NCBI RefSeq assembly: GCF_006345805.1
Contig: NC_043004.1
Span: 36,828,001 to 36,892,000 of the forward strand
DNA length: 64,000 nt
Direction of reading: 5' to 3'
From: Octopus sinensis
Taxonomy: Eukaryota
Of the stretch, positions 14,041-27,762 are shown piece by piece. The notes under the pieces were generated by a model. It was not told the origin of the DNA and made no database searches. It saw only the letters and a program-made list of their open reading frames with translations. Position numbers and translations under genes: made by a program. Numbering within the stretch: position 1 is the first letter of the stretch; every line of letters starts with the position of its first letter.

Positions 14041-15379
14041 GCACGCACGAAACACGCTCACACAAATACATACAACAGAGGGTATATTTGTGTGTGTGTA
14101 TGGGAGTGTATGTGTGTGTGTAAACCGTTTTAAGATGTATTTACCTCGTCCATCTATATTCGTCCCTAGATTGTTAAAATTTTAATAAACTCTTCAATCC
14201 CCTTTTAGCCAGCAAATATATTTGTGTAGCAGAATCTAATCAGTTGATATTTGATTTCATGAACGCTAACTTAACGAAAATGTTGAATCCTCATTCATTT
14301 TGCTTTCACCTGGGCTAATCGTTTATTGGTTCACAGGAGTCATGAACCGTCATTTGTGAACGGTCATACAAATACCAGAGAAAATGTTGCAAACCGATCA
14401 GAAGCGTGACTGATAGTCATATGACTGAATCCCTATTATAAAGACAAGAATAACATTGAGACTATATTAACAAAGCAATTTCTTTTCTCCACATAAACAT
14501 ACTCTGCGCCTGCGAAAGAAATCCATAAAGAGTCGATGATTTAGTCTGAATATATTTTGATACAGAATAGAAAAAAAACAAACGTACATTGTTAAAAGTT
14601 ATAGTTTTGTAATAATACAATATAACAAATGTTTTTTTTAACTAAATACAGATTAACTACATATTTTCCTTAACATTATGTTATTTTTATCTGCTTATCT
14701 GCACTTGAGAAGAAATAGGATGATCGTCTCTAAAGAAGAATATTCTAACGCAAGAAGTTAAACACAAATTACAAATTTATATAAATTTAAAGATGATTGT
14801 TTTAATAAAGTTAAATGCCTGTAGTCACATTTTCAAATAGTTATTGCTGAAATAGTTAAGCACGTCATACAATGAACTAACGAATGATTAGTCAATTAAT
14901 ATGACATTACTAATGAAGAGATGGGTCGTTAACTTAAATGGCAATTATTTTTAAGAAGTGCAAGGGAGACAACTCTGAAATTGAAACGTAATGAGGAGTG
15001 AGTCAGATATTAGGTGGGCACGGTTACAATCCTAGAGATGATTCGGTCAAATTAGACCTTAGGAAAGTTTCAACTAACAAATATCTATTCAACAATTGTT
15101 CCAGGATTTGTTGCAATAGAAGTTATTCAACGTCAAAAGTGATATATGAACAGTACTTGTATATTTTTGGTAAAAATAAGCAACACCTCCACTGTGGAAT
15201 AAATGCGTATTAACTCAAGGAATATTCGTGAAACTTTTACATCGAACTATTTACGCATCTGATGTAGTTTTTTTTTCCTTTCGTATTGTGGTGGATAGAA
15301 AATAAAATTCATGTATAGTCCAGGAGGTCATTTATCCGATAAATCTGATCATCTCTTCCAAGAGAAGGAGAATGCTTAC

Positions 15380-15462
15380 TGAAAACTGTTTCGAAGCCTG
15401 CTGCTCGTCTCTGATTTTGTTTTTGTTAACCTGTCACTCGAAAAAGACAGTTCTGCAATATC
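15380..15462 (-). CDS. Candidate internal exon (83 nt), product unknown
   Basis: Minus strand gatgttcctcag|GATATT...TTTTCA|gtaagc; phase 0 to 2 frame is open (DIAELSFSSDRLTKTKSETSSRLRNSF). Confidence 0.2.
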
Positions 15463-15494
15463 CTGAGGAACATCCAGTACAAATGTTTCATTAG

Positions 15495-15674
15495 CTCACC
15501 CCATCAAATTGACATTACCTGCACAGGCGCACCATGTCCCACAGGTCAGATGTCGAAAATCGCAACATGCGATGGAATATTTTGCACAAGAACATAACGC
15601 ACCTCTCGGTCCGAGAATCGAACCCACGATCTCATGATCATGAACGCAGCAACAGCTTAACCAGCAAGCCACCC
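15495..15674 (-). mobile_element. Degenerate tRNA-derived SINE, family C
   Basis: Minus-strand A-box-like TGGCTTGCTGGTTAAGC and B-box-like GGGTTCGATTCTCGGACC followed by GTGCGTTATGTTCTTG; a related head lies at 31951. Confidence 0.65.
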
Positions 15675-16642
15675 TGTTGGTATAATTGGTTATCTTTGTA
15701 TTGGTAGGCGACAATCTAAAAGGACTAAGATGTTTGGTCAAAGAAAGTAATTGAGCAGCAAGCACTTTACGAATACTGCCAAGAAGGGGAAAAAATATTT
15801 TGCAAGGTTTTCAAAAGTCCAACACACTACAATTATCGTTGTTGTATGCAAATTCTAGCGATGGAGCTAGAATACATAAATACATAAATGCATGCATGCA
15901 TGCATGCGTACACATGCACACACAAACACACGCGCACACATGATTTTGAATTGAAGACATGACAGTTTTCAAGGTGAGTCGTTTTTAAGATTTCTTCGTA
16001 ATTCCTTCTGATTTGTTTTTGTTGTATTTGAAACAGTTACGTTCCCTAATTATAAGGCTTTTTCGATTTCATCTCCTGAATGAAATTACAAAAACTGGCA
16101 AGTTTTTCAAACTCCTGCAAAAGGTCATGGGAATATCGTTCATTCACTGATTAAATCTCAATAGCTTCCATGATTTTTACTTCATGTGTGTTAACTTTGG
16201 GGTTGCATTAATAAATGGATGATCAACGTACGAAACTCTGAAGATTCATCAAAGATTGTTTGCTTCAAGTTTCGTACGTAAGATATTTTACCCTCGCTGC
16301 CACTCAAGAACGGCAAATATTGATTTTGAAGATTTCAACAAATGTTTCCAATGGTTCAACATATTTCATATCCATTACAACGTCCACAAGGTGCAAACAT
16401 ATCTGCATATTTCAGGGTTAATTTACAAGCTTTATGGAGAAACACTTGATACTTGTAAATGATATTACACAATTGACTATTTATGGCACACGAACGATTA
16501 CAGAAATGGGAACAGTGGAGAATGATCAACTCAATCAAAAGTGCTGGACTCCAGCGAGCTAGATTATATTTCAAGTTAGCCACGATTGCGTTTTGGGGTA
16601 TATTTTTCTTAACTCTCTTCACCATACACACACACACAAACA

Positions 16643-16721
<79 letters not shown>

Positions 16722-16732
16722 GTGAGTATATG

Positions 16733-16774
<42 letters not shown>

Positions 16775-17499
16775 TGTCTGTGTGTCTATGTGTCCTAAAG
16801 TACAATTTTAAGTGCCTACAGATATATGTGTATGAATGTGTATTGATATTGGCGTGTTTGAAAACCAATAACACTCAAACTGTCGATGAAGATGATGTAT
16901 ATTGTATATATTTTATGTACGTATTTACTACGCAAAACACATGGATGTATGTGTAAGGAAAGGGTATATATATATAATGTTTATTTTAATGTATATAGCT
17001 TGATATATCCGCTATGTTATTTTCATGATGCTATTTTTTGTATATAATAATATATATAAAATAATACATTTTCTATATTAATACATTAATTTTAAAATAT
17101 TATATCATTGATCTTTTGCTAAAGTGTAGCACGAAAAAATACTCTCGAAATTTCTGCGGAATATTATTATATACATAGATATATATATCTTCATTAAACA
17201 GATTAAATGTTCAATATGATTCTATGGTGCAGATACAACTACACTCTATCCTGAATTTTACCGGCATCGACAAAGATATGTAGTTATGCACCCGGGTATA
17301 TAAGTCTTGGTCAAGCTGGAAAATAAATCTATGATTAACATATCCATCCCAGACCTGATAACTGCACATTTATCTCTGAATTTTTATCAACATAGTTATC
17401 CTCATAAGTAAATCGGGATATTAACAGTAAGCTGTAACCAAGGGTTGAGTAGACCGTATACGCAGAAAATACATGGGATAGATGTATATTATATATATA

Positions 17500-17776
17500 T
17501 AATTAAGGGTTTATCAACGAGTTGCTTAACCACATACCGAAAAATTTAGAAATAGCAGCCAAAAGGCTGTTATTTCTTTTCGCTACAAAATATGACTTCG
17601 GTTAACCGTAGACTGCTTGATTTCATTATTTTCCTTCTTTTTTTTTCCTGTGTGAGTTACGGAGAGTGTTGTCTGTGGAGTCATATTTAGTAGCGAAAAG
17701 AAATAACAGTCTTTAGGCTGCTATTTCTAAATTTTTCGGTATGTGGTTAAGCAACTCGTTGCTAAACCCTTAATTA
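17500..17776. mobile_element. MITE/fold-back element with about 100-bp terminal inverted repeats
   Basis: 17500-17599 is the reverse complement of 17677-17776 with only a few mismatches (TAATTAAGGGTTTA...GTTGCTTAACCACATACCGAAAAATTTAGAAATAGCAGCC); 77-bp spacer; TA-rich flanks. Confidence 0.85.
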
Positions 17777-17893
17777 TTGTTATAATTATATATAAAACTT
17801 CTTGTATATGTTTTTACCGAATATGGTTCCTTTCCATACCGAAACTACTTGGTGAAATTTATTAATTATAAATTAATAATATTTACCCTATAT

Positions 17894-17924
<31 letters not shown>

Positions 17925-18256
17925 CTTGAATATATTATATAATAATATGTATTATATTTATTATATATACCATACAATAATATAAATAGTATATATTACA
18001 GAAGGCTCGAACAACATGCCTAGAAGATCTCAGTATATCTAGCGGGACATCCCCTTATTCGTGCATGTATGTGACGTGACACAAACTGCACAGATTGATG
18101 CAACACTATTAGATGCACAAAAACCTACCCATGACGGACAGTTTCAGACTGAGTGGAAACGATCGTCGTATGGAATAAAGACTAGTGGCAAATCTATCTT
18201 CTGTTCCCATCATCAATTATATAATAATAATAATAACATTAATAATATATATTATA

Positions 18257-18296
<40 letters not shown>

Positions 18297-18327
18297 GTAC
18301 ATACATACATGAGAGTCTGTGTGTGTG

Positions 18328-18370
<43 letters not shown>

Positions 18371-19151
18371 GTGTGTGTGTCTGTGTGTGTGTGTGTGCGT
18401 GTGTGTGTGTGTCTGTGTGTGTGTGTGTGCGTGTGTGTGTGTGTCTGTGTGTGTGTGTGTATCTTTAGTTATGAGCTACTAGCATACATGGTAAATATTC
18501 ACATATCTATTTTAACCAATGTTGTATTATCTGGTTTCAGGCCAGTCTAAAGAACAATACTTAACATGAAATGCATTCGGGAGATGAGATTATTCAGTTT
18601 TGTCTTGTATCCAATGTGTTTATCTCAAAGCAACATACTGTGATTTGAGGGAGACATCGCAACTATTTCTGCTTGGTTTTTGCAACCACGGACAAGCTCC
18701 TTCTGTGGCTCGTACTGCAAGATACATTGTGATTGTTGTTTAACCAAATTCAGTCAATTCGTTTAGACCTCGAATAAAAAGCATAGCAGCCGTGACGATC
18801 CAACATATTCTATCGAGGTCTATATTGTATTGAATGTGTGCTTCAAATGTCCAAGATAGTAATGTGTCAGTTGAGGGAGATTTAACCATTATATCGAGCA
18901 GGCAGTGTGACCACATACAATCTGTCCCTATTAACTGATGCTCCTTGTTGGAGCCATTAAGTAAGATATTTTACAATTAATTTATTATACAATTAAGCAA
19001 CAGTGACAAACATTTCACAGATCCTGAATAAGAATTTACAAACAGAAATAAACGTAAGTGATGCACAAAATGCATTAAGTGTTTGGAAATAATATCCTTA
19101 AGGAATAATAACAAACTCAGGGAAATTCCCTCTCTAGTTATGGTTTGCATA

Positions 19152-19199
<48 letters not shown>

Positions 19200-19205
19200 A
19201 TATAT

Positions 19206-19243
<38 letters not shown>

Positions 19244-19266
19244 ATATATATATATATATATATATA

Positions 19267-19305
<39 letters not shown>

Positions 19306-19436
19306 TAGAGAGAGAATTTGTTTCTTGTATGTATGTTGTATGGTAATGCATAATTGGTCGATAAACAGAAACAGCCTTAACATGATAATAGGATGAAAAC
19401 AAGATTCGGTAATGGACAATGATCTTTAGTACCTAC

Positions 19437-19554
19437 CTTGATCAAAGGTATCATTATATGTGTCATAGTCAAGGTTTGTATCCTGGAGCAAACGTGGATG
19501 TAACACGTCTTGAACCACTGTAACCAGTAGAGTTAGGAATTTAGCCATTTCCAT
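19437..19554 (-). CDS. Candidate ATG-initiated exon, product unknown
   Basis: Minus strand ag|ATGGAAATG...GATCAAG|gtaggt gives MEMAKFLTLLVTVVQDVLHPRLLQDTNLDYDTYNDTFDQ: a short hydrophobic N-terminus and an NDT sequon. Confidence 0.25.
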
Positions 19555-20843
19555 CTTGACATAGATTTTTATCCAAAAACAGAAATAAAATGAAGGTGTC
19601 TGTCTCGTCGTATCACTGCAACCAGTTGCATGTTAAGCCACATAAACAATTCGCCAACACAGACGTAGTCTAACTTCTATGAGAATATACGTCTCTAAAT
19701 TCTCATTGCATGAAAGTGAGATAGAAATTATGATCCGTTTTATCCATAGGAGTTAGAATTGCTTTGCAATACATAGGTTTGTTAGTTGCACAAGGTAAGA
19801 TGCAGTTTCGTATGCACGTCCTTCTGCTTAGATTTACTATTAAGTATGTATGCTGTGCAGTTTCACTAAAAAGAAGAAAAACCTTTCTTGTAGTCTGCCA
19901 ATATGTCGTCAAAAAGAGAATTACAAAAACAGAAAAATAGTAAACCGATACATGCGGTTCATATTCCTGGCATTCATGGCTACTATTAATGCAACGCCAT
20001 GCAGAAAGAAAATCTCAGAAAGTAAGAGGAAAAGAAAAGGCTGAAACTCGATCTATACAATCCGATTTCCTCACTGGTAGGTGTATAAATATATCTTCAG
20101 TTGTTATTCATTTCCACTAATTAAATGGAGGCATATTTTTGACGAAATAAAATAAAACTAGTTCAATAACAAGATCAATTCTAGTATATCGAGTCAGGAA
20201 ACATTATATAGGTAGATGTGTATATGTTTATGTGCATATGTGTATGAGCGTTTGTTTGGAGGGATTCCCATACATATGTCTCTGTAGATTATATGTGTGT
20301 GTGTATGTATACGTTTGTGGATGGATGGACAGTTGCACGTGTATGTATGTGAATATATATATATATATGTGTGTGTGTGTATCTACATATGTGAGTGTAT
20401 GTATTATGTATGTATATATGTAGGTCGGTAGGTAGATAGGTATATAAAGTGTGCGTATGTGTTCGTGTGCGCGCTGTATGTGTATGTCGGAATGTGTGTA
20501 CTTGCAGTTTATAAAATAATTTGTATGTATCTAGCAATAGATATAAGCATATCACTGCACTGTCGCACTAGGCGACAACGAATTTGTTCATGCGTGAAAG
20601 TGAGTAAGGGGGATAGGGTTGCAACGAGGGGGGGATACTGAAAGAGATAGGAAAAACTGACGGGAAGAAGCTGGGAGTGAGTGACAGGAAGACAGTAGAC
20701 ATGGAGAGCGATAGAGACAGAGAGAGATACAAGGAAGGAAGACAGAAGGAGAAAGTTAGAAAATTAAATCTGCTGTAGATAATATTTCATTGCCACGAAC
20801 TGCAATATTAGTTGTAGAGACAGGAAAGGAGAGCAGTTGTAAA

Positions 20844-20875
20844 ATGACAGAAGAAGCAGCCTCCACAGCTGCCAG
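20844..20875 (+). CDS. Candidate first coding exon MTEEAASTAA(S/R)
   Basis: AAAATG start context and a consensus donor CAG|GTAAGT at 20876, preceded by about 280 bp of purine-rich, relatively G-rich unique sequence that could be a 5' UTR. Confidence 0.3.
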
Positions 20876-21019
20876 GTAAGTCTAGTTTAATCAAGAAATT
20901 GAAGAAAAAATAAGGAAATATTATAGAAGGGTATGTAAAATAAGATTGCGATGTGATAGAATTATGATTAAGGAATATTAAGTTAATGTGTGTATGTAAA
21001 GTTGCAGACTCACACATGA

Positions 21020-21069
<50 letters not shown>

Positions 21070-21071
<2 letters not shown>

Positions 21072-21271
21072 TTCAGCAAAATTTAAATTCAGATGAATAT
21101 GGTACTTAAGTTAAAGGCACCAGAATTTGGTATTTAATTAAAAAATTCTATATGGCAGAAGAGTGCTCTACATTTTAAAACTAATGTAATACTTACATTG
21201 TTTAATTAAATGAAGTAGCATGAAAAGATTATACTACACTACCTTGGATATCGTTGTTGCTTATTTTGATT
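21070..21271. repeat. Dispersed repeat copy 1, paired with 25990-26212
   Basis: 21196-21271 is clearly homologous to the reverse complement of 26070-26145; the motif GTACTTAAG-T-AA-GCACC is shared in direct orientation. Both copies abut (TA)n. Confidence 0.6.
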
Positions 21272-22011
21272 ATATATATATATATATAAAAACTGGGTTT
21301 GTCAAACATTAATACAAGCCTGCCAAGAATGATGATATTTAAAACTGTTAATGCACGTCTCGCCTCTCCATCCTCCACAATCTATTTCCTCATCATGCAT
21401 GCCCATCTCAGTAACACACCTCCACTCCTTGCGTCCGACTGGGGTCGTTTAGGTGCACTCATTGCATCCCAATTACCCCCACAACTCACATATTCCCTCA
21501 CAGATGGCCTCTTTCTCTGCCGTTCATGTTACCAAGCACTTTAACCCACCCAGCCAGTTCAAACGGGTACATCCGAAATATGGAATAAATTTACACTGCA
21601 ACATTCACCTGTACTGTTTTCAGGGAAGAAATATTCTCCCACCTTTAGGTAGAAAGTGACATTTGTCTGAATTTTATAAAATACACACACACACACATTT
21701 GCATACACCCACACACATGCATACACCCACACACATACCAAAGTTAGTAATATAAATGTATACACACATGCATATGTGCGTGTGTGTGTGTGTGTGTGTA
21801 TGTATATCGAAACGAAAGGGTATCAAGATCAAAACGAAATTTATGATATATGATCATTTGAATGTTAAATAGATTTAAAATTCCATGCAAGGGTATGAAT
21901 ATGTATATATATATATATATATATATGAGTGCGTATGATTATGTGTATATGTTTAAACACACTTACACACACACACACACACTCACTCACTCACATACAC
22001 ACACATATATA

Positions 22012-22050
<39 letters not shown>

Positions 22051-22500
22051 AGTGAGTGTGTGTGTGTAGCACACATGTGTATGTATGCTGGGAACCTTGA
22101 ACACCTGATGGAAATAAAGTTGGACAGTCGTAACACGGGACGAGACCTTAGCTTTTCAAGCCTACCTTCGCCCTTTCCTCTCCTGGATCTAGACGAAGGC
22201 GATTTCTACAAATGTTAAAGAGACAGAGACACAGAGAAGACAGAAATAGGGGTGGGAAAACAAGAAATTGCAAAACTTTAATAGTAGAGGTAACAGACTG
22301 CTATTTCATGACACAATGAGGAAATGTTTAAAGAGAAAGTGGAACGGAGTGTAAGCAGAGTGACTTTGTACAAATACTGCAGGGCATTCTGTATAATGAT
22401 CAGTAAATTCTGCGCAACCACATCTCTCTCGCTTTCCTTATTTATACATTTATATCTCTGTGTGTGTGTGCGCGCGTGTCTATGTACGTGTGTGTCATAT

Positions 22501-22539
<39 letters not shown>

Positions 22540-22562
22540 GAGAGAGAGAGAGAGAGATTAAG

Positions 22563-22700
22563 AACTGATGTTGGTGTGTTGGCGGTTCAGCAAAACAGAC
22601 CGATAGGTTAAAGTACTAGGCTTACAAAGAATAATTCCTGGGATTGATTTGTTCTCCAGCATGGCCACAGTCACATGAAAGACTAAAAGAGTAAACGAAT
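22563..22700 (+). mobile_element. 3' fragment of SINE family B
   Basis: GGCGGTTCAGCAAAACAGACCGATAG...AGTACTAGGCTTACAAAGAATAA...CTCCAGCATGGCCACAGTCA matches the 3' half at 9556-9757. Confidence 0.7.
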
Positions 22701-22724
22701 ATACAATATATATATATATGTGTG

Positions 22725-22788
<64 letters not shown>

Positions 22789-23029
22789 CCAAATATATAC
22801 GTTTTTATTATTATTTTGCAATTTACTTAATCATCGGTATATTATTATCATTCTATTTTTAATTGTCCTATTATATGTAATTCTCTAGATGGTGTAATTT
22901 AATTGTTCATTTTGAATTGATAAAAGGTATTTTTTTCTAATTTTTAAATATATATTTACTGAAATTTGATTTAGTTTTTCTTAATTGAATTTTTCCCTGT
23001 AAGTTAGGAATAGTATTCCCTCAAATAAT

Positions 23030-23063
<34 letters not shown>

Positions 23064-23356
23064 TCATAGAGAAATAGAGAGAGATCTTTACGTTTATATA
23101 CATCTATGTATTGTACTATTGTACTATCATTGATTCTACTCAAGTTGATCACTATTAAATGTAATATTCAATGCGCAATACAAATGTAGAGTTTATATGC
23201 TTTCATTTAAATCCCAGTACAATAACCATTTCAGCCGATAACGGCTTACTAAGTGCGAAATCTTCACTGTAAGATTTACGTTTGAATTTTTTCTTAAAAT
23301 GAGTCCACACTAAATAAACGCCCCATATAATTCTAATTACCTATATATACATCCAT

Positions 23357-23426
<70 letters not shown>

Positions 23427-24142
23427 CCACACACACACATGTGGATGCATGGGCTTATTTCTTTTATGGCAATACTATTATTGCATGGGTAGTATTGCCA
23501 TGAAAACAACTTGTAAGACTCGAGCTGTTCGTCATTAAATTTACTTCATGTACCCTCTATTTGTTAGCTATGTTCATTCACAAGTACTTCTCCCTTTTCG
23601 AATGGAATCTTCAGCTACACACACACATATACACACGCATATCGATAAACGTCGAATGCCTGCGTATACATGTGCACAAATAACCATTTATGTAAAACAT
23701 ATCTGTATCAATGAAACAAGAAACAGTTGAATTTCAAGTTGTCAGTGTATCTTAATTCCAAATAAGAATTGCATTTAATAAATTGCTTTAGTTTCAGTGA
23801 CACACATTATGTTATTGAGCAGAATATTGTCTATTAATTAGTAAATTATTTCCTCTTTACTATCAATGTTAATATCGAAGATGTTTCCCTCATGAATTAT
23901 AATGGAAATATTATCTAACTGGAAATAATAGCCTATTGCACATAGATGAATCTAGAATTTATGTATATTTGCATACTCACTCTCTCTATCTATCTATCTA
24001 TCTCTTTCCTCTGACTATCTATCTCTGTCTCTCACACACACACAAACAAACAAATGAACATATGTGTGTGCATATATATATATATATATATATAATATAT
24101 ATATATATATAATATATACACAAATATAATATATATACACAA

Positions 24143-24198
<56 letters not shown>

Positions 24199-25213
24199 TA
24201 TATACACATTATATATATATACATATATATATATACATATGTGGCTTTTGTCAAATTTCTCCTGATGAGAGCAGCCAGACTTGTGGTAATATCTTACTAA
24301 AGACTTTTAGAAATTCCACCTGCAGATTATGAGCATTGGGATTATCACATGATTTCAAGTTTCCAGAAACAGCTGTCGAGTTAATATATGATGTATTCTC
24401 TTATGTTTGTACTATATGTAAATATATTTGTTACATATATGTAAATATATTTGTGTGTGCTAGTGTGTGCATGTATTTACCTTTTTTAATACATATAGAT
24501 ATATATGTATCTGTGTCTATAAATATGTGTGTGTAATTTGCATAACTACCTCTCTCTCTCATATATATATGTATGTGTGTATGTATGTATGTATGTATGT
24601 ATGTATGTATGTATGTATGTATGTATGTATGTATGTATGTATATAGCAGGCGGGTGACATACATGTATGTATATATATATACGTTTATTTTCGATGATGT
24701 GTTTACATAGTGACTCATTCAAAGCGAAATGTTTAGAAGAGAGAAAATGTATACATTCAGAGTCAACTAAATAAATATTTTCGCACTCTCTTCTAGAAAA
24801 CTTTGACTTTTAACACCTAAACTATGCCACATAACATGGCGTAAGTTACCCTTCCATATATGGTTCGCTAATGCTGTGTTCACAAATATCAAAGAGTGAC
24901 TGGCCCTGCATAAGGCCTTTCTTCACTTTAAAACGCTTCAGTCAGTTTATTGTCAGGAGATTGTTTACTCTCATTGTTATGTGTTACCCACTAAGACTAG
25001 CCGCACCCGTAAAAAGCTAAACACTCAATGAAAAAGTTTATGATGAAGTGAGGATATGTGTCAATATGGGTGGTAACTCTGAAAACTGTTGCAAGAGGTG
25101 CCCATCATTACCACATTTCTGCTGGCTCATCTTTAAGAGAATAACGACTGATGAGATTGCTCGAAAACAAGTTGCATTCATCATATACATGCATACATAC
25201 ATGTATATATATA

Positions 25214-25255
<42 letters not shown>

Positions 25256-25284
25256 TATATACATATATATATATTGATAAATGA

Positions 25285-25684
25285 AATTTATAAATATTTA
25301 ACGCCCCGCCACGCGCGTTTCCAGGAACCACATGTCTCCTAAGATCACAGTCCCTATTCCTAGGATGATACACTGTAGTATGTAGTCTACGTGAGCATCG
25401 GGTAGGTCATCTTTGGATTCATTTCTTCCAGCGATATAGCATTAATGGATGTTTACTAGAGGGATGCTTATTCTTTTTGTCCTTCGTACTGATCAAAAAG
25501 GATAAATATATCTCTGTTAAATATCCATTAATATTATATCGCCTGAAGAAATGAATCCATGTAGATGATCTACCCGATATCCACAGATACTACTTTGTAA
25601 TCATCCCAATATTAGGGACTGAGATCTTAAGAAATATGTGACTTGCGGAGACGTGCGTAACGCTGCATTACGTGTTTATAAATT
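25285..25684. mobile_element. Old fold-back (imperfect inverted repeat) of about 400 bp
   Basis: Arms pair across a short centre near 25480-25490, e.g. TGGATTCATTTCTTC with GAAGAAATGAATCCA, ATCGGGTAG-TCATCT with AGATGA-CTACCCGAT, TAAGATC-CAGTCCCTA with TAGGGACTG-GATCTTA. Confidence 0.8.
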
Positions 25685-25989
25685 CCATCCAAGGATTATT
25701 GTTACCATTACTATATTAATCCTATATTATGTTGGTACAGCCCGATGCAATCTCAAAAACTGGTTCACCACTCAGCATCATTAAACCGTGGCCGGCATTA
25801 TGGAATTGGAGTTTTATTTGCATATTCGGAACGTTTCCAGTAAATGAATTTAAAAGATATATATATATATATATATACATACATACATACACATATATAT
25901 ATATATTATATATATATATATTATGTATATATATATGTATGTTTATATGCATATATATATACATATACATATATATATACATATAATTG

Positions 25990-26212
25990 AGATTTAGTAG
26001 AATTAGTACTTAAGCTGAAGCACCAAGTCAGTCCGGTATTATCTGCACAGCTCGAAGTAAGGTGAATAAAATCAAAATAAGCAACAGGATATCAAGTAGT
26101 GGTGCGGTACAACCGTTTCAAGCGGCTCCATTTAATTGAACAATGCAATCTGAAGTTCAATTTAAGTGTAGTGCCATCTTCAGCTGCACAAATAGATAAA
26201 TAGAATTTTAAC
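25990..26212. repeat. Dispersed repeat copy 2, paired with 21070-21271
   Basis: See copy 1. Confidence 0.6.
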
Positions 26213-27719
26213 AATTAGGACACATTAATATTTTTCTCAAATATTTTAACAGAGCAAGAAAATGGAAGAAATTCATGTTGTCGCTATTGTAGCTAAGAAT
26301 TGACTACACTTCCAAGAATCACATGAACCCTTTTGGGGTCAAAATGTTATAAGGGATTGTAATTCATTTCTAATTCATTTGTCTCTTTATCAGCTACTAA
26401 ATCTAAGACTAGAAAACTCTATTTTGAATAACGGACAAAACTGAGTTGACCGGTCATGGCTAAGTATGGTCATAAATATTTTCATATGTGTCCTTTTTCC
26501 TCGGGGAGGGAATAAGATATTAGGAATAGTCAGTTGGACTATAAAAAGAGGCTAGGTAGGGGGAAACTTTAAATCATGATATTAATTACCAGTTAAAGGG
26601 GCAAGGCGCTAAGAAACCTAGGATGTTAATACAGAGGAAATTTCATTTTGGGACATTATGGGTGGTTGTTTATAAACAAAATGTTGTATAAAAATAAAAT
26701 TTAAGACTTGCAAAAATGATATCATAACCAAAAGAGGTAAATGTGTGTATATACGAATTATAAACATTAAAAAGGAAAGATCACATAGAATCAGTTTAAT
26801 ATTCATTTATGTACTTAATTAATTATTGGGTGGTTTCTATAAAGGCTGCTCACTTATGGAATAACTGGAAAGGTATACATGCTGTCTCTTAATTTTAAGC
26901 CGTGAATCAGAAAAAAGTAAAGTTGCACAGATACACACACACATTTATATATGTGCATATATGCACATATAAAAATATTTATACTTTTATATGGATATAG
27001 TATAACCATCTCGCATAGACTTAAGTAACAGAAAAATATCTAATAATAAGAAAAGTAACAATATATAAGAGATAAGAGGTTAATAGGTAAGGATATCAAA
27101 AATAGGAAAACAAAATAAGAAGAATTTATAGAAAATAAGAAATACATATAACCTACATTTAAAGATTTGAGGTAGGGAAGAGATAACGGTAAGCCGAAAA
27201 GAGGTGGTAATAGGTATCGAAGTAGTGAGGGCAGTTAAAAGTATTCAGACCGAAGTGATTTTAGAAGTTGTAATGTTACAGGTGTTATCGCACGTCTGAT
27301 TTTATAGTTTCAAGGGTGTATATGATTTAGTCTAAAGGAGACAGAAATAAAATCACTAGAAATATACATAACATCAGTGGCGTAGAACATCATAGATAGG
27401 AAAATAGTGTGGTCACCAAAATAGGATGCAGCCAGACTAACTAGGCAGGTGTTATCATGGGACGTCATAATGATTGTTTATTCGTTTTCTAATCATAATT
27501 TATTTCTAGCGACATCTTTTTTTATGATCAATGCATCAACATTATTTTCAAATAGTTCAAATTAATAACGATTGTTGTTGTTTAACCCACGTCTGCCTTC
27601 ATCAAATGTATTCCAGTCGTGACTATCACGTAGCAGAGGCTACTTTGTGCCATATGTTATCGTTATGTGTGTGTTTGTATACATACATACATACATACAT
27701 ACATACATACATACATGCA

Positions 27720-27762
<43 letters not shown>

